Source: Oligoflexales bacterium
GTDB lineage: Bacteria; Bdellovibrionota_B; Oligoflexia; Oligoflexales; RGVZ01
NCBI GenBank assembly: GCA_044344995.1
Contig: JBIJBX010000002.1
Location: 1-39,021 of the forward strand
Length of the DNA stretch: 39,021 bases
Reading direction: 5' to 3'
The notes below the pieces were generated by a model that did not search any database, was not told where the DNA came from, and saw only the letters and a list, made by a program, of their open reading frames with translations. Made by a program: the position numbers and the translations under genes. Positions 7,440 to 16,520 of this stretch are shown here, piece after piece. The number at the start of each line of letters is the position of its first letter. Within the stretch, counting starts at the first letter, position 1.

Positions 7440-8267
7440 ATGACCGGACAAAAGACCAAAGACCACGCCCTTAAGCGTCCTGATAGTTTTCAGGACCACA
7501 TACTGACTGGAATCAATTTTGTGAGTTCAAATAAACAGAGAGTTTTAATGATGATGGCACCACTGATCATCGTCGCCGCTGGCGTTTACGCCACATTTCT
7601 CTGGACACAAAAAAAGGCCGACTCACGGCGCGCCGAATTAGCCAAAATTTTAACGCAGCACTCAGATGAAGAGGGATCTGTAGCTAAGCGTCGCGAGGAA
7701 ATTCAGAAACAGATCGAGCCTCTGCGCAATACAAAAACTGACAAAGACGGCAAAAAATCCGCCACATCGCCAGAAAATCTGGCCGCGATCACCAAACTTG
7801 AAAAACAGATCGCGGATTTAAAGCCAGACCATACAAAATCCATGAACGAATTTAAGCGATTTTACGATGCCAATCCCGACACAGTCGAGGGCTGGATGGC
7901 AGGCCTAAAGTGGGCCAGCAACCAGCTTCAGGCGGCCCAAGCTGCAGACGCCAGGAAAGCCGTTGAGCAGATAGCCAAAGCCAGCTCATCGAATAAATTT
8001 TATCAAATGAATTCTCGTTTTATACTGATTGGATTAATGGAAGATGCTGGTGAGTTTGATGCGGCATTAAAAGAGTGCGAAATTCTCGCTAAACTCGCTT
8101 CTGACGATGCCATGCCATCAGTTCTTTTATCCAAAGCACGGCTCCAGTATTTCAAGAAGTCGTTTGATGATTCAAGAGCATCGCTAAAAGAAATCCTCGA
8201 CAAATATGCATCGTCCCCGGAAGCAACGAAAGCGCGTGGCCTCATGGCAATTATGGGTGCCGCTTGA
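7440..8267 (+). CDS. Membrane-anchored YfgM-like / TPR-like protein
   Basis: One N-terminal TM segment (MMMAPLIIVAAGVYATFLW) is followed by a charged coiled-coil-like segment. The C-terminal part is helical-repeat sequence (..DAALKECEILAKLASDD..SKARLQYFKKSFDDSRASLKEILDKY). It lies directly upstream of, and overlaps (TGATG), a BamB-like gene, as yfgM-bamB does in E. coli. The ATG at 7440 has a GAGG SD. Confidence 0.55.
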   Translation: MTGQKTKDHALKRPDSFQDHILTGINFVSSNKQRVLMMMAPLIIVAAGVYATFLWTQKKADSRRAELAKILTQHSDEEGSVAKRREEIQKQIEPLRNTKTDKDGKKSATSPENLAAITKLEKQIADLKPDHTKSMNEFKRFYDANPDTVEGWMAGLKWASNQLQAAQAADARKAVEQIAKASSSNKFYQMNSRFILIGLMEDAGEFDAALKECEILAKLASDDAMPSVLLSKARLQYFKKSFDDSRASLKEILDKYASSPEATKARGLMAIMGAA

Positions 8268-9379
8268 TGATACGCCCCCTCAGTCGGTCTATTGGCATTG
8301 TTACGATCCTGGCAACCACACTTCTTTGCGGTGGCAGTGATGCCTCCGCCGTCCAGTCGCCGTTTCGAATTGGCATGATCGTAATGAATCCAGAACTGGA
8401 CAAGATTAAGCCGCTGGCTGAATCGGACAATGGGGGATTTGTCGTACGAGGAGATGTCATTGTTGGCAGTTTCGATCAAAACTATGTGCGTGCGTATAAT
8501 AAGGTCACACGAAAAAATGTGTGGTGGTTCAAAACTGATGGCGAGCTTACTGCGCCGCCACTGTTGATCGAGAACAACCTATTCTTCTCAACTCGCTCCG
8601 GAAATCTAACGTCTTTAAATGCCTCCACTGGCGAACTCAATTGGACCACGACATTGGACTCCTACTGTGAACGCCCGCTTACTTTCTCCAATGGATTTCT
8701 CTACGTCGTATCAACTGGACAGGTTGCTTACGCGATCGAGTCAAAGTCTGGGAAACGCTTGTGGGTCCATGATGCGGGTTTCCCTGACACGGTTGTTGTC
8801 CGCCGGCCCCCTGCGCCCCTTATTCATGACGGCAGAGTGATTGTTGGACTAGCCTCTGGCGAACTCGTAGCCCTCAAGATCGAAGATGGCAAACGACTTT
8901 GGCGCTACAATCCCTATTATCAAGAATCCCGCTTCAAAGATGTCATTGGTGAGATGATCGTCCACAACGGTCGCCTGCTAATTAGCCGGTATGATGGTTT
9001 AGTCGCACTCGTCGACTTTGATCAAGAACGACAGGTCATTTGGCAAGATCGACAATCGTCCGTATCCACCTCAACCTTTCGAGCAGGCCGCTATTTTGTT
9101 GGACTCACCAACGGCGACATCATCTGTTACGATGCGACAACGGGTCGAGTTACCTGGCGCACTTCCGCTGGGCCCACTGCAGCATTCATGCTCGCTAGTG
9201 AAACCCACTTATACGTTATAAGTACCAACGGCCGAGTATCAGCTTTGGATTCCAGCACCGGTAATTTCCAGTGGGGAGATAATTTGGGCAGCCGTATCGG
9301 CACATCACCCATTGTCATCTCGGATCAAATGTATATTGGTACAGGTTTACGAAATATATACGCGTACAAAATTCAGTGA
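8267..9379 (+). CDS. bamB: BamB-like PQQ-repeat beta-propeller protein (outer membrane protein assembly factor)
   Basis: It has a signal peptide with a Cys (ILATTLLCGG; the lipobox is atypical). Seven or eight repeats of the PQQ-like pattern G.ly..s..G.l.alD..tG...W are visible (for example SGNLTSLNASTGELNW, GQVAYAIESKSGKRLW, SGELVALKIEDGKRLW, NGDIICYDATTGRVTW, NGRVSALDSSTGNFQW). Confidence 0.75.
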   Translation: MIRPLSRSIGIVTILATTLLCGGSDASAVQSPFRIGMIVMNPELDKIKPLAESDNGGFVVRGDVIVGSFDQNYVRAYNKVTRKNVWWFKTDGELTAPPLLIENNLFFSTRSGNLTSLNASTGELNWTTTLDSYCERPLTFSNGFLYVVSTGQVAYAIESKSGKRLWVHDAGFPDTVVVRRPPAPLIHDGRVIVGLASGELVALKIEDGKRLWRYNPYYQESRFKDVIGEMIVHNGRLLISRYDGLVALVDFDQERQVIWQDRQSSVSTSTFRAGRYFVGLTNGDIICYDATTGRVTWRTSAGPTAAFMLASETHLYVISTNGRVSALDSSTGNFQWGDNLGSRIGTSPIVISDQMYIGTGLRNIYAYKIQ

Positions 9380-9399
9380 CAATCCATTTCAGGAAGTAT

Positions 9400-10494
9400 T
9401 CAGACAAATTCGCTACGACCACTAGACTTTAGAGCATCCACAATCAGCTTCACGTCCTGAGCCCGGTCTTTGGGGCAAACCAATATGGCCCCTCTGGCAT
9501 GAACGACGACCGTATCCCTCATTCCCAGTAAAACTGTCAAAGGCCCGTCTGAATCAATCGTACAATCATGACTGTCAATCACCAGGACATCACCCTCGGT
9601 ATAGTTTCCAGCCTTATCCGTCGCAAAACACTGCGATAGCGCATCCCAGCTACCCACATCCTGCCAACCAATATCAGCTTCAATCACACTTACACGACGG
9701 GAGACCTCAAGCACGGCGTGATCAATTGATATCTTTGGTAATTGAGCATACAAATCAGCAAATGCTCTAAAATCAACTTTCGCGAAAGAATCCGCCGTAT
9801 CAAGTAGTTTTGCCAAACCCGCCACGGTCTGCGGTAATTTTGCTTTAATTTCCTCAAGGAGAACGCGCACAGGAAAAACAAACAACCCCGCGTTCCAGAA
9901 AAATTTTTTACTTGCCACATATTTTTTCGCTGTCTCTTCATCAGGCTTCTCGCGAAAAGATGCTACCTTAAATACACCAGTCACTCCGGTCGCAGACCCC
10001 TTCTCGATATAGCCGTAACCAGTCTCCGGATAGCGCGGCACAACACCGAGTAGACACAGTTCGCCGGCCTTTGCCACATTGATAGCCGTGCGGATCTTAT
10101 CGTTCAGAACATCGACTTTCTCAATGACATGATCGGCGTGCAAACTCACCATGATCGGGGTTTTTCCATGCGCTTTTTTGGTTATTTCCAGAGCTGCCAG
10201 CGCCAGAGCGTTTGCGGTGTTGCGGGCTTCGGGCTCGGAAATTACGCTAGCACAAAGATTTCCAATCTTTTGTTTGGTTAACGCCGCTTGATCCACATGG
10301 GTAACCACAATTCTGCGCTCCGGCGGAATGAAGCCATCAAGCCGACGCAAAGTCATCTCGATCATGGTCTCGCTGGCTCCACCCAATCGGCACAGCTGCT
10401 TGGGTGTTTTTTGACGCGACTTAGGCCAAAAACGCGTACCACTGCCGCCAGCAAGAATCACGGCATAGACATCAGCATCAACCTCATTCGCCAT
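9400..10494 (-). CDS. Mannose-1-phosphate guanylyltransferase (nucleotidyltransferase-only form)
   Basis: It has VILAGGSGTRFWPKSR (the G-G-x-G-T-R-L/F-W-P signature), HADHVI, GYGYIE and WNAGLFVF. The ATG at 10494 has a GGGGAGA SD. At about 364 aa it has no C-terminal cupin/PMI domain. Confidence 0.85.
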   Translation of the reverse strand: MANEVDADVYAVILAGGSGTRFWPKSRQKTPKQLCRLGGASETMIEMTLRRLDGFIPPERRIVVTHVDQAALTKQKIGNLCASVISEPEARNTANALALAALEITKKAHGKTPIMVSLHADHVIEKVDVLNDKIRTAINVAKAGELCLLGVVPRYPETGYGYIEKGSATGVTGVFKVASFREKPDEETAKKYVASKKFFWNAGLFVFPVRVLLEEIKAKLPQTVAGLAKLLDTADSFAKVDFRAFADLYAQLPKISIDHAVLEVSRRVSVIEADIGWQDVGSWDALSQCFATDKAGNYTEGDVLVIDSHDCTIDSDGPLTVLLGMRDTVVVHARGAILVCPKDRAQDVKLIVDALKSSGRSEFV

Positions 10495-10537
10495 AAAAAA
10501 TCTCCCCAGGTAATCCCCTAAAAGTAGCGCCAGAACT

Positions 10538-11824
10538 TCACGACTGTCCAGCGATCCAAGCACCAATACCACGAATATAGGATGGCGCGACGATGAGTTT
10601 TGTCATTGCAGTTCCCAACTCAACGCCATAACTTGCTAATATCTGCCCCGTCCTCGATGAGCGTCCCTCGCGTTTGGCAGCGTCTTCATAAAGCATCGAC
10701 AGCCCCCAAATAGCGTAGGGCGCCAGTTGACTTTTGGTATTCTGGGCAGCAAAACTCTGCCATGCCATGACTCCCTTCTCCCAATCTCCACCCAACGGCA
10801 GACTCAACCAAGCTTGCTGGATTGGCAGCCCCTCGCCACCAGGCGTTACTGTGACCGTGCCCAGAAAATCCAAATTATACAGATCACCTTTAAGTTTAGG
10901 CGCCACTTTTGGCTTACTGTGTATCAACTGCTCGCCGAGGGTAAATATGTGTAGGTTTGATGGATGAAAAAATTTATGGGGATTCAGTACAAAATCATTT
11001 GATGCCAGGGCAAAAACCGCTACAGCTGGCGGGTTTGTAGCGCTCACCGAAGACATCGCCACATACAGACGCCGCTGTTTCGCGCCAGGATCCAAATCAT
11101 TGATCTCAGGATCCAGTGAAAAGAGATTCGACGCTTCATCTGTGTTGAGATCCCAGACATACAGACCGTCAGAATATCGATTACTCTGACTTGCGGTAAA
11201 CGCGATTTTGTCCTGACCAGGAATCCACAAAAACTCCTCAACGAAATCATGAGGCGCCAGCATGAAAAAATTGTTGTACTCGCGACTCCTGACCAATAAT
11301 CGCCGATTACCAGTCATTGGATCTACGAAAATTCGCGCATGCCATGCGCCGGAGGAGCTATCAGCGCCAGCAAACAACACCACCGAGGGACGAGGATGCA
11401 TGACTCCATTTTGTTCGTCATAACGCAACCCTCGCTGGGCCATCTGACCCCAGTGATAAACACCAATGTCGGGGCTGTATTTTGGACGATTCTGAACACC
11501 ATCGAGACCAAAACTCCGCAAAAGATAATTCACTTTGCCTAGCCGCAAATACTCCAACCGCTGACCCCAAACATCGTAAGCGCTATAAGTTCCGTTACGT
11601 TCGAGAGCATAGAGCCGCAACTCTGTGTAGCTGTGTGGCGTATCTCCAAACTGTCTCACATGCTGTTGAATCAAACTGTCAGTAGATCTGATCAAGTCCA
11701 TCGTCATAGTTCGTCCGCGAATGATCGGAGCCTTAAACCCTATGGCCGATATCCAGAGCACGGCTAGAACTACAGGCAGCAGAGCCCACCATAAGATCCG
11801 ACTACTTTTGGCTGGTGTATTCAA
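10538..11824 (-). CDS. Hypothetical membrane-anchored periplasmic protein
   Basis: 428-aa ORF with a TTG start. It has an N-terminal TM segment (ILWWALLPVVLAVLWISAIGF) and no catalytic motif I recognise. A TolB/PD40-like segment (KIAFTASQSNRYSDGLYVWDLNTDE) is a weak hint of a beta-propeller. Confidence 0.55.
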   Translation of the reverse strand: MNTPAKSSRILWWALLPVVLAVLWISAIGFKAPIIRGRTMTMDLIRSTDSLIQQHVRQFGDTPHSYTELRLYALERNGTYSAYDVWGQRLEYLRLGKVNYLLRSFGLDGVQNRPKYSPDIGVYHWGQMAQRGLRYDEQNGVMHPRPSVVLFAGADSSSGAWHARIFVDPMTGNRRLLVRSREYNNFFMLAPHDFVEEFLWIPGQDKIAFTASQSNRYSDGLYVWDLNTDEASNLFSLDPEINDLDPGAKQRRLYVAMSSVSATNPPAVAVFALASNDFVLNPHKFFHPSNLHIFTLGEQLIHSKPKVAPKLKGDLYNLDFLGTVTVTPGGEGLPIQQAWLSLPLGGDWEKGVMAWQSFAAQNTKSQLAPYAIWGLSMLYEDAAKREGRSSRTGQILASYGVELGTAMTKLIVAPSYIRGIGAWIAGQS

Positions 11825-12013
11825 TGAGCAACGCCCCGAAATTTGTATTTTGGCAGAGTTTATATTTTATACGATTTCAGCACTAGAATCATACCTATAA
11901 ACCAATGGTTCCAGCTAGCTAACTCCATTTCCGCCCAGGCATGTGCTAGAATTAAGCAGATTTCTATTTAATAACATCCCGTGAGTTATCGCCCGTTGGG
12001 GAGGATTCTGATC

Positions 12014-12586
12014 ATGCGCATGTTTGTCATTTTGGTATCCCTTTTTGCGAGTGCCAATGCAGGCTTCAGTGCGACCAAAAGCCAATTGGGAGTGGCTGCC
12101 AGTAACACCTATAATCGTCCAGATGACGTGGCTATCGACTCGCCTACATCGCAGCGGGTTAGGATCCCCTTATCTTTTAAAACCTGGAGCCTTGTGGAAA
12201 CTAAGGATGCAGATGGCCGCGCCAGGAAAAGTCGTATCGCCAGCAAACCCATGGCGCAAGTTCTCCGCGCCAGGATCGAGCGCGCCAACGATTTTTACCT
12301 TGGAGACTTTCGTATAAAAACAACGCCAGTTCGCTGGCTGAAGCGCAGCAACCAATATCAGGTCAAACTCGAGATGTTCAAGCGCCTCAATCTTGATGGC
12401 ACCATGGAGGAAAGCCTTGGCTCGGTCACGCTGACTGGCGTGTTAGAACAACAAGATGACGGCCTTTTTATCCTGAATGGTACCGCTCGGCGCCTGTTCC
12501 GGGACAGGAGTGGAGAGCCTATTCTTGACTTGGACGCAGGGCAACATGCCCCATTGGAAAAAGCTTCGGCGATTTCTCGCCGCTAG
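12014..12586 (+). CDS. Hypothetical secreted protein
   Basis: An ATG at 12014 is preceded by a GGGGAGGA SD. The signal peptide is MRMFVILVSLFASANA. I recognise no domain. Confidence 0.6.
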   Translation: MRMFVILVSLFASANAGFSATKSQLGVAASNTYNRPDDVAIDSPTSQRVRIPLSFKTWSLVETKDADGRARKSRIASKPMAQVLRARIERANDFYLGDFRIKTTPVRWLKRSNQYQVKLEMFKRLNLDGTMEESLGSVTLTGVLEQQDDGLFILNGTARRLFRDRSGEPILDLDAGQHAPLEKASAISRR

Positions 12587-12601
12587 AAACACCACCTTGA
12601 T

Positions 12602-13486
12602 TTAGTTGCAGCTTGAAAAGCCATCAAGAATTTCTTTGAGTTTGCTCAACGTCAGAGTGTAAGTTCTTCCGCAAAATTCACAACGAACAATGGCGTCTTT
12701 GCCCTCAGCAACCATATTGGCGACCTCGTCACGGCCAAGCATGGTGACAGAGCGCTCAACCCGATCACTGGTACACCTGCAAGAATATTTAATCTCGAAA
12801 GGATGCTCCGCTTGGTTCATGGCAATCGAACCCGAATAGTTACGAAGCAATTCAATGGGAGATCGATTCTCCTTTAATAGAGTCGTCAATGGACGCGCTT
12901 CAGAAACAGCTTTCTCCAAATGACTCACAACGGAGTCGTCAGCACCTGGCATCAGCTCAATTAAAACTCCACCAGAAACCTCGACTGAGCCCGTCTCTCC
13001 AAGTATGACGCCAAGGGCCACCACGGAGGGAATCTGGTGACTTTGCTGGAGGTAGTAAGCAATGTCGTCACCGATTTCACTGGACACCATCTCAACTGTC
13101 CCAATGTGAGGAGCCTTTTCAAAGGGCTGACTACGAATCACATTCAGCAAGCCAATGCCAAGACCAGCCGCCACATCAAGCCGCCCATCACGCAGGGGAA
13201 CATGGGCGCCAGGTTCATCACACCAGCCTCGACATTCTCCCTCATAGGATGCCTCAGCATAAACGGATCCCAAGGGGCCACTTCCCCGGAAATGCAGTCC
13301 CACAACTTGTTTGTCCCGAAGCTGAGCGGCCATTAATAGAGCGCCCGTGACTGCCCGACCTAAGGCCATGCTGGCAAGGGGTCCGGTCTTTTGCAGGGCA
13401 CACATTTCTCGCACAGGCTCGGTCGAGATGACCGAGGTCGCTCGAATGAAGAGGTTATCACTGTAAAACCGATGCACCTTTTGCAA
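12602..13486 (-). CDS. hslO: Hsp33 redox-regulated chaperone
   Basis: The length fits Hsp33. The C-terminus carries the zinc centre CxC...CxxC (YSCRCTSDR ... VRCEFCGRTY). The TTG start has an AAGGAGG SD 5 nt upstream. Confidence 0.92.
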   Translation of the reverse strand: MQKVHRFYSDNLFIRATSVISTEPVREMCALQKTGPLASMALGRAVTGALLMAAQLRDKQVVGLHFRGSGPLGSVYAEASYEGECRGWCDEPGAHVPLRDGRLDVAAGLGIGLLNVIRSQPFEKAPHIGTVEMVSSEIGDDIAYYLQQSHQIPSVVALGVILGETGSVEVSGGVLIELMPGADDSVVSHLEKAVSEARPLTTLLKENRSPIELLRNYSGSIAMNQAEHPFEIKYSCRCTSDRVERSVTMLGRDEVANMVAEGKDAIVRCEFCGRTYTLTLSKLKEILDGFSSCN

Positions 13487-13714
13487 GCACCCTCCTTTAT
13501 CCTTAGCGAAGACCTAGTATTCTTACATAGCAGATTCCACCGATCAACGATAAACCCCGATAATTATTAGCCCTCTTTGGACACCCAGAGCCCAAAACCT
13601 GAGGGATTTCGGGCGTCAGGAATCCATGTGATTGTCTAATGGTTGTACAGCCGGAACCCTCAGTCTTCAATTTAAGTATCAGTATTTATTGGTTTTTTTT
13701 ATTAGGCCTGAACT

Positions 13715-13730
13715 TGGCATAAGGTTTGCT
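13715..13730 (+). promoter_or_regulatory. Sigma-54 (RpoN) -24/-12 promoter candidate upstream of the beta-barrel OMP gene
   Basis: TGGCATaaggtTTGCT matches TGGCAC-N5-TTGC(A/T), with GG (13716-13717) and GC (13728-13729) 12 nt apart. It lies 92 nt upstream of the ATG at 13822. Confidence 0.45.
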
Positions 13731-13821
13731 CATAGGTTCTTAGATCGCCCAGTCACCCTAAGCAGAGCTAGAGATAGTAACAGTACCGGTGGCACAGGCA
13801 AATCCTAGTGGAGAACTGATT

Positions 13822-14481
13822 ATGTTGAAGCAGAGACTAAACAAAATAGCGATTTTAGGCTTCTTATTAGCCTGCCTTGGACCGCTAACCCCGAGCGCAT
13901 TCGGACAGCCTGGCGTTAGTCACAATTATGTGAATACCTATCGTTCCAGCGGCATCTCACACTTGTTTGTGTCTCAATCCATAGAAGGCGAGTACGGCGA
14001 GGTTGAGCTGAGCACTTCTGGCACCGGATTGACCTCCGCTGGCACACGCATCGAAAAGTGGCGGGGCTACAACCTCACTCAGACCTTCGGTGTTGAGCTA
14101 CTTAAGTTTATTCAGTTAAATATCGGACACAGCATGATCAATATGCGTTCTTCCAGCTCCGCTCTAGAAAGACTTGGCGGAAGCCGTTTCTCAGCTGGCG
14201 CACGCTTTGTCTTCTTGGCACCAGTAGCCAACCTCGAAGCCGGTGGCGGCGTCCTCGGAACTCGCTACGACTACCAACACGATCTGACTACGTCTGACTT
14301 TTACGGAAGTGGTGTCTATTACACACTAGGCTTTAACTACTTTATCAGTGAAAAAGTATCACTTTTCGGACAGGCGAAAACCATTGATGAGTTATCCATG
14401 CGAACGAATGGCGACCCCAACGCAAAATCCATTAGATCCCGTACCACGAATCTTGGAACAGGTTTCACCCTCTGGCTGTAA
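13822..14481 (+). CDS. Small outer-membrane beta-barrel protein (OmpW/OmpA-barrel-like porin family)
   Basis: A GGAG SD precedes the ATG at 13822. The signal peptide is MLKQRLNKIAILGFLLACLGPLTPSAFG. Alternating hydrophobic beta-strand patterns are visible (GVYYTLGFNYFIS, VSLFGQAKT), and the C-terminus is aromatic (..LGTGFTLWL). Confidence 0.65.
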   Translation: MLKQRLNKIAILGFLLACLGPLTPSAFGQPGVSHNYVNTYRSSGISHLFVSQSIEGEYGEVELSTSGTGLTSAGTRIEKWRGYNLTQTFGVELLKFIQLNIGHSMINMRSSSSALERLGGSRFSAGARFVFLAPVANLEAGGGVLGTRYDYQHDLTTSDFYGSGVYYTLGFNYFISEKVSLFGQAKTIDELSMRTNGDPNAKSIRSRTTNLGTGFTLWL

Positions 14482-14504
14482 TCACCAATCATCATAAGTT
14501 AGAA

Positions 14505-14546
14505 TTTTTGAGTCTATTTGGCCTGAGCGCCAAATAGACTCAAAAA
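14505..14546. terminator. Bidirectional intrinsic terminator with an 18-bp perfect stem
   Basis: TTTTTGAGTCTATTTGGC (14505-14522), a ctgagc loop, then GCCAAATAGACTCAAAAA (14529-14546). A/T runs flank both sides. It sits between the convergent OMP gene and tatD and overlaps the last ~11 codons of tatD. Confidence 0.75.
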
Positions 14547-15323
14547 GTTTTGGAACACTTGATCTCTTGCATTTTCAAAGGTCCAATCACGCAATTTGGC
14601 CAGAAGCTGAACGGTGCCGACAACATTAGCGGGTTCATTTCGCTGTCCTTTTATTGGCGATAGATAGGGCGCATCAGTTTCCGTGAGTATTAATTCTGGC
14701 GGTAGAATCTTCATCATCTTCTGAAAGCCCTCATTAACATTGCAATTGGCTGGAATTGAAAAATACCAGCCATGGCGCTCCGCGAAATCTTTCGCCAAGG
14801 CCGCGCGACCCGTAAAACAATGAAAATTCACTTTTTTCACGCCGTGAGCCGCAAGTATCTCACCAGCTCTTTTCTCACATTTGCGCGTGTGTATAATCAG
14901 CGGCAAACTGAATTCCAAGGCTACGGCGATTAGCCGTTCGAAAACAGCCTCTTGCCCTGCAAGATGCGTTTCCCCCAAATAATATCCGTCAAGTCCGCAC
15001 TCACCAATCGCTGTCAACAATCCCTGACCAGCCTTGGCTCTAATAAATTCAATTTCTTCGTTAATATCAAAAACAGGCACTTCAAACGGGAAATCATCTG
15101 GAATCTGATCACAAACAGCATCAAGGGGATAAATTCCCAAGGCCGCCCGAATGATCGGGTACTTTTCGGCCATCGCCAAAATCATTCTATTACTCTTGGG
15201 CTCGAGGCCATTGACCACAATCGATTGCAGTCCTGCAGCCTGAGCGCGCGCCACCACTGCCTCCAGGTCTGAGGCAAAGTCCTCATGGGTCAAATGCGTA
15301 TGGACATCAACAAAGCTTGTCAC
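14514..15323 (-). CDS. TatD-family metal-dependent hydrolase (DNase)
   Basis: It has VDVHTHL (the HxH motif), GECGLD, IIHTR, FHCF and ETDAPYL, which are the TatD signature residues. The start is GTG with an AAGGAG SD. Confidence 0.9.
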   Translation of the reverse strand: MTSFVDVHTHLTHEDFASDLEAVVARAQAAGLQSIVVNGLEPKSNRMILAMAEKYPIIRAALGIYPLDAVCDQIPDDFPFEVPVFDINEEIEFIRAKAGQGLLTAIGECGLDGYYLGETHLAGQEAVFERLIAVALEFSLPLIIHTRKCEKRAGEILAAHGVKKVNFHCFTGRAALAKDFAERHGWYFSIPANCNVNEGFQKMMKILPPELILTETDAPYLSPIKGQRNEPANVVGTVQLLAKLRDWTFENARDQVFQNFLSLFGAQAK

Positions 15324-15404
15324 GTCGTAGCTGTCTCCTTCTTAAGACGCCACTCTATCTTACCCGCCAATGAATGCAATGCTCAACAAAATCTGCTGAA
15401 TTAA

Positions 15405-16520
15405 TTAATGCGCCATCTCTATGGAAAGCATTCGCTCGTCGTCAGAAACAAACTCCGCCTCCAGCGCCTGACCTGCATGCGACAGCAAAACTGCCCCTGC
15501 TAACTCCCCCCGGCGGATCGCTTCGGAATCCCAAACCGTGTTCGCAGCCTTCCAATCACGCACAGGCACTGACATTTCGCTGGCAAGTTGCAGTGACTTT
15601 CCAATGGCACTTTCAACAAAGGACTGAGTGTGGATCAAATCCTCAACGTTAAAAACAATGGGAACACGAACAGTGCGTTCCTTGGCCTGAGCCGCTTCAA
15701 ACGCAGATTTCAAGATTCTCCCCGCCGACACGTCATCAGCAATCTCAGCCTGGATAGCAAACCTGAGATGATCGAGATTAACCGCGTCATCAGAAACCAG
15801 CTTCAGATTATCCAGAGGAAAATTGGCTGAATTCTCGACATTCCATTGGTAGACTGGAAATCGCACAAGATTTCCCTTTAGCTGCGACATTTCCACACCT
15901 GACCAATCTTCCCGAATCCCCTCACCGATGGCCGCCTGACGCGCCGACTTTGTAATCATACCCTCATCAAAAAAGACCGCTTTTGGCTCACCAAAACCAT
16001 GTGAACGGAGAACATTTTTGGAAAGGGCGATTAAACTCTTAATCTCAGCCGGACTGAAAGCTCGCGTACTAAGATCAAGACCACAATCTTCGGCGCAGTC
16101 ATCCAGATTCACTGGCATTCCAAAGACCGTCGGCTCCCGCCTAAATTCTAACTGTGCCTTTTGCACTACGCTCTTCCAGGGCGCTACATGTAATAAAATA
16201 TCATCTCCAGGCTGAACGATCCTGGCAAAACGAAGCCTAAAGCTCGTGTCGCCATCACCACCACGAACCATGGGTGCGGGGCTAATTGCATGAGCTAACT
16301 TTAGATGCGGATATTTTTTGCGGATATCACGCAGAATGCTAATACTCCAGGGACGAGTGGGCTTCCCTTGCCAAACGGCAATCGGCATTAACTCTACACC
16401 AGCCCGAGCATGTGCCTGTTGCGACACGAGCGATATGGCGGCCAAGATGACCACTCGTTTTACTAGAGAGTAAACAACTGTAGATAGTATGAACTTTAGT
16501 TTTTTTCCACGCCACAACAC
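15405..16520 (-). CDS. Hypothetical secreted protein
   Basis: 371-aa ORF with a GTG start and a GAGGAG SD 7 nt upstream. The signal peptide is ..VVILAAISLVSQQAHA. I cannot assign a family. It lies 138 nt downstream of the metalloprotease gene on the same strand. Confidence 0.6.
   Translation of the reverse strand: MLWRGKKLKFILSTVVYSLVKRVVILAAISLVSQQAHARAGVELMPIAVWQGKPTRPWSISILRDIRKKYPHLKLAHAISPAPMVRGGDGDTSFRLRFARIVQPGDDILLHVAPWKSVVQKAQLEFRREPTVFGMPVNLDDCAEDCGLDLSTRAFSPAEIKSLIALSKNVLRSHGFGEPKAVFFDEGMITKSARQAAIGEGIREDWSGVEMSQLKGNLVRFPVYQWNVENSANFPLDNLKLVSDDAVNLDHLRFAIQAEIADDVSAGRILKSAFEAAQAKERTVRVPIVFNVEDLIHTQSFVESAIGKSLQLASEMSVPVRDWKAANTVWDSEAIRRGELAGAVLLSHAGQALEAEFVSDDERMLSIEMAH

Noticed and set aside
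8003-8479. 158-aa minus-strand ORF across the yfgM-like/bamB-like junction
   Set aside because: It runs antisense to two overlapping, syntenic genes that have clear structural features. It has no SD and no motif.
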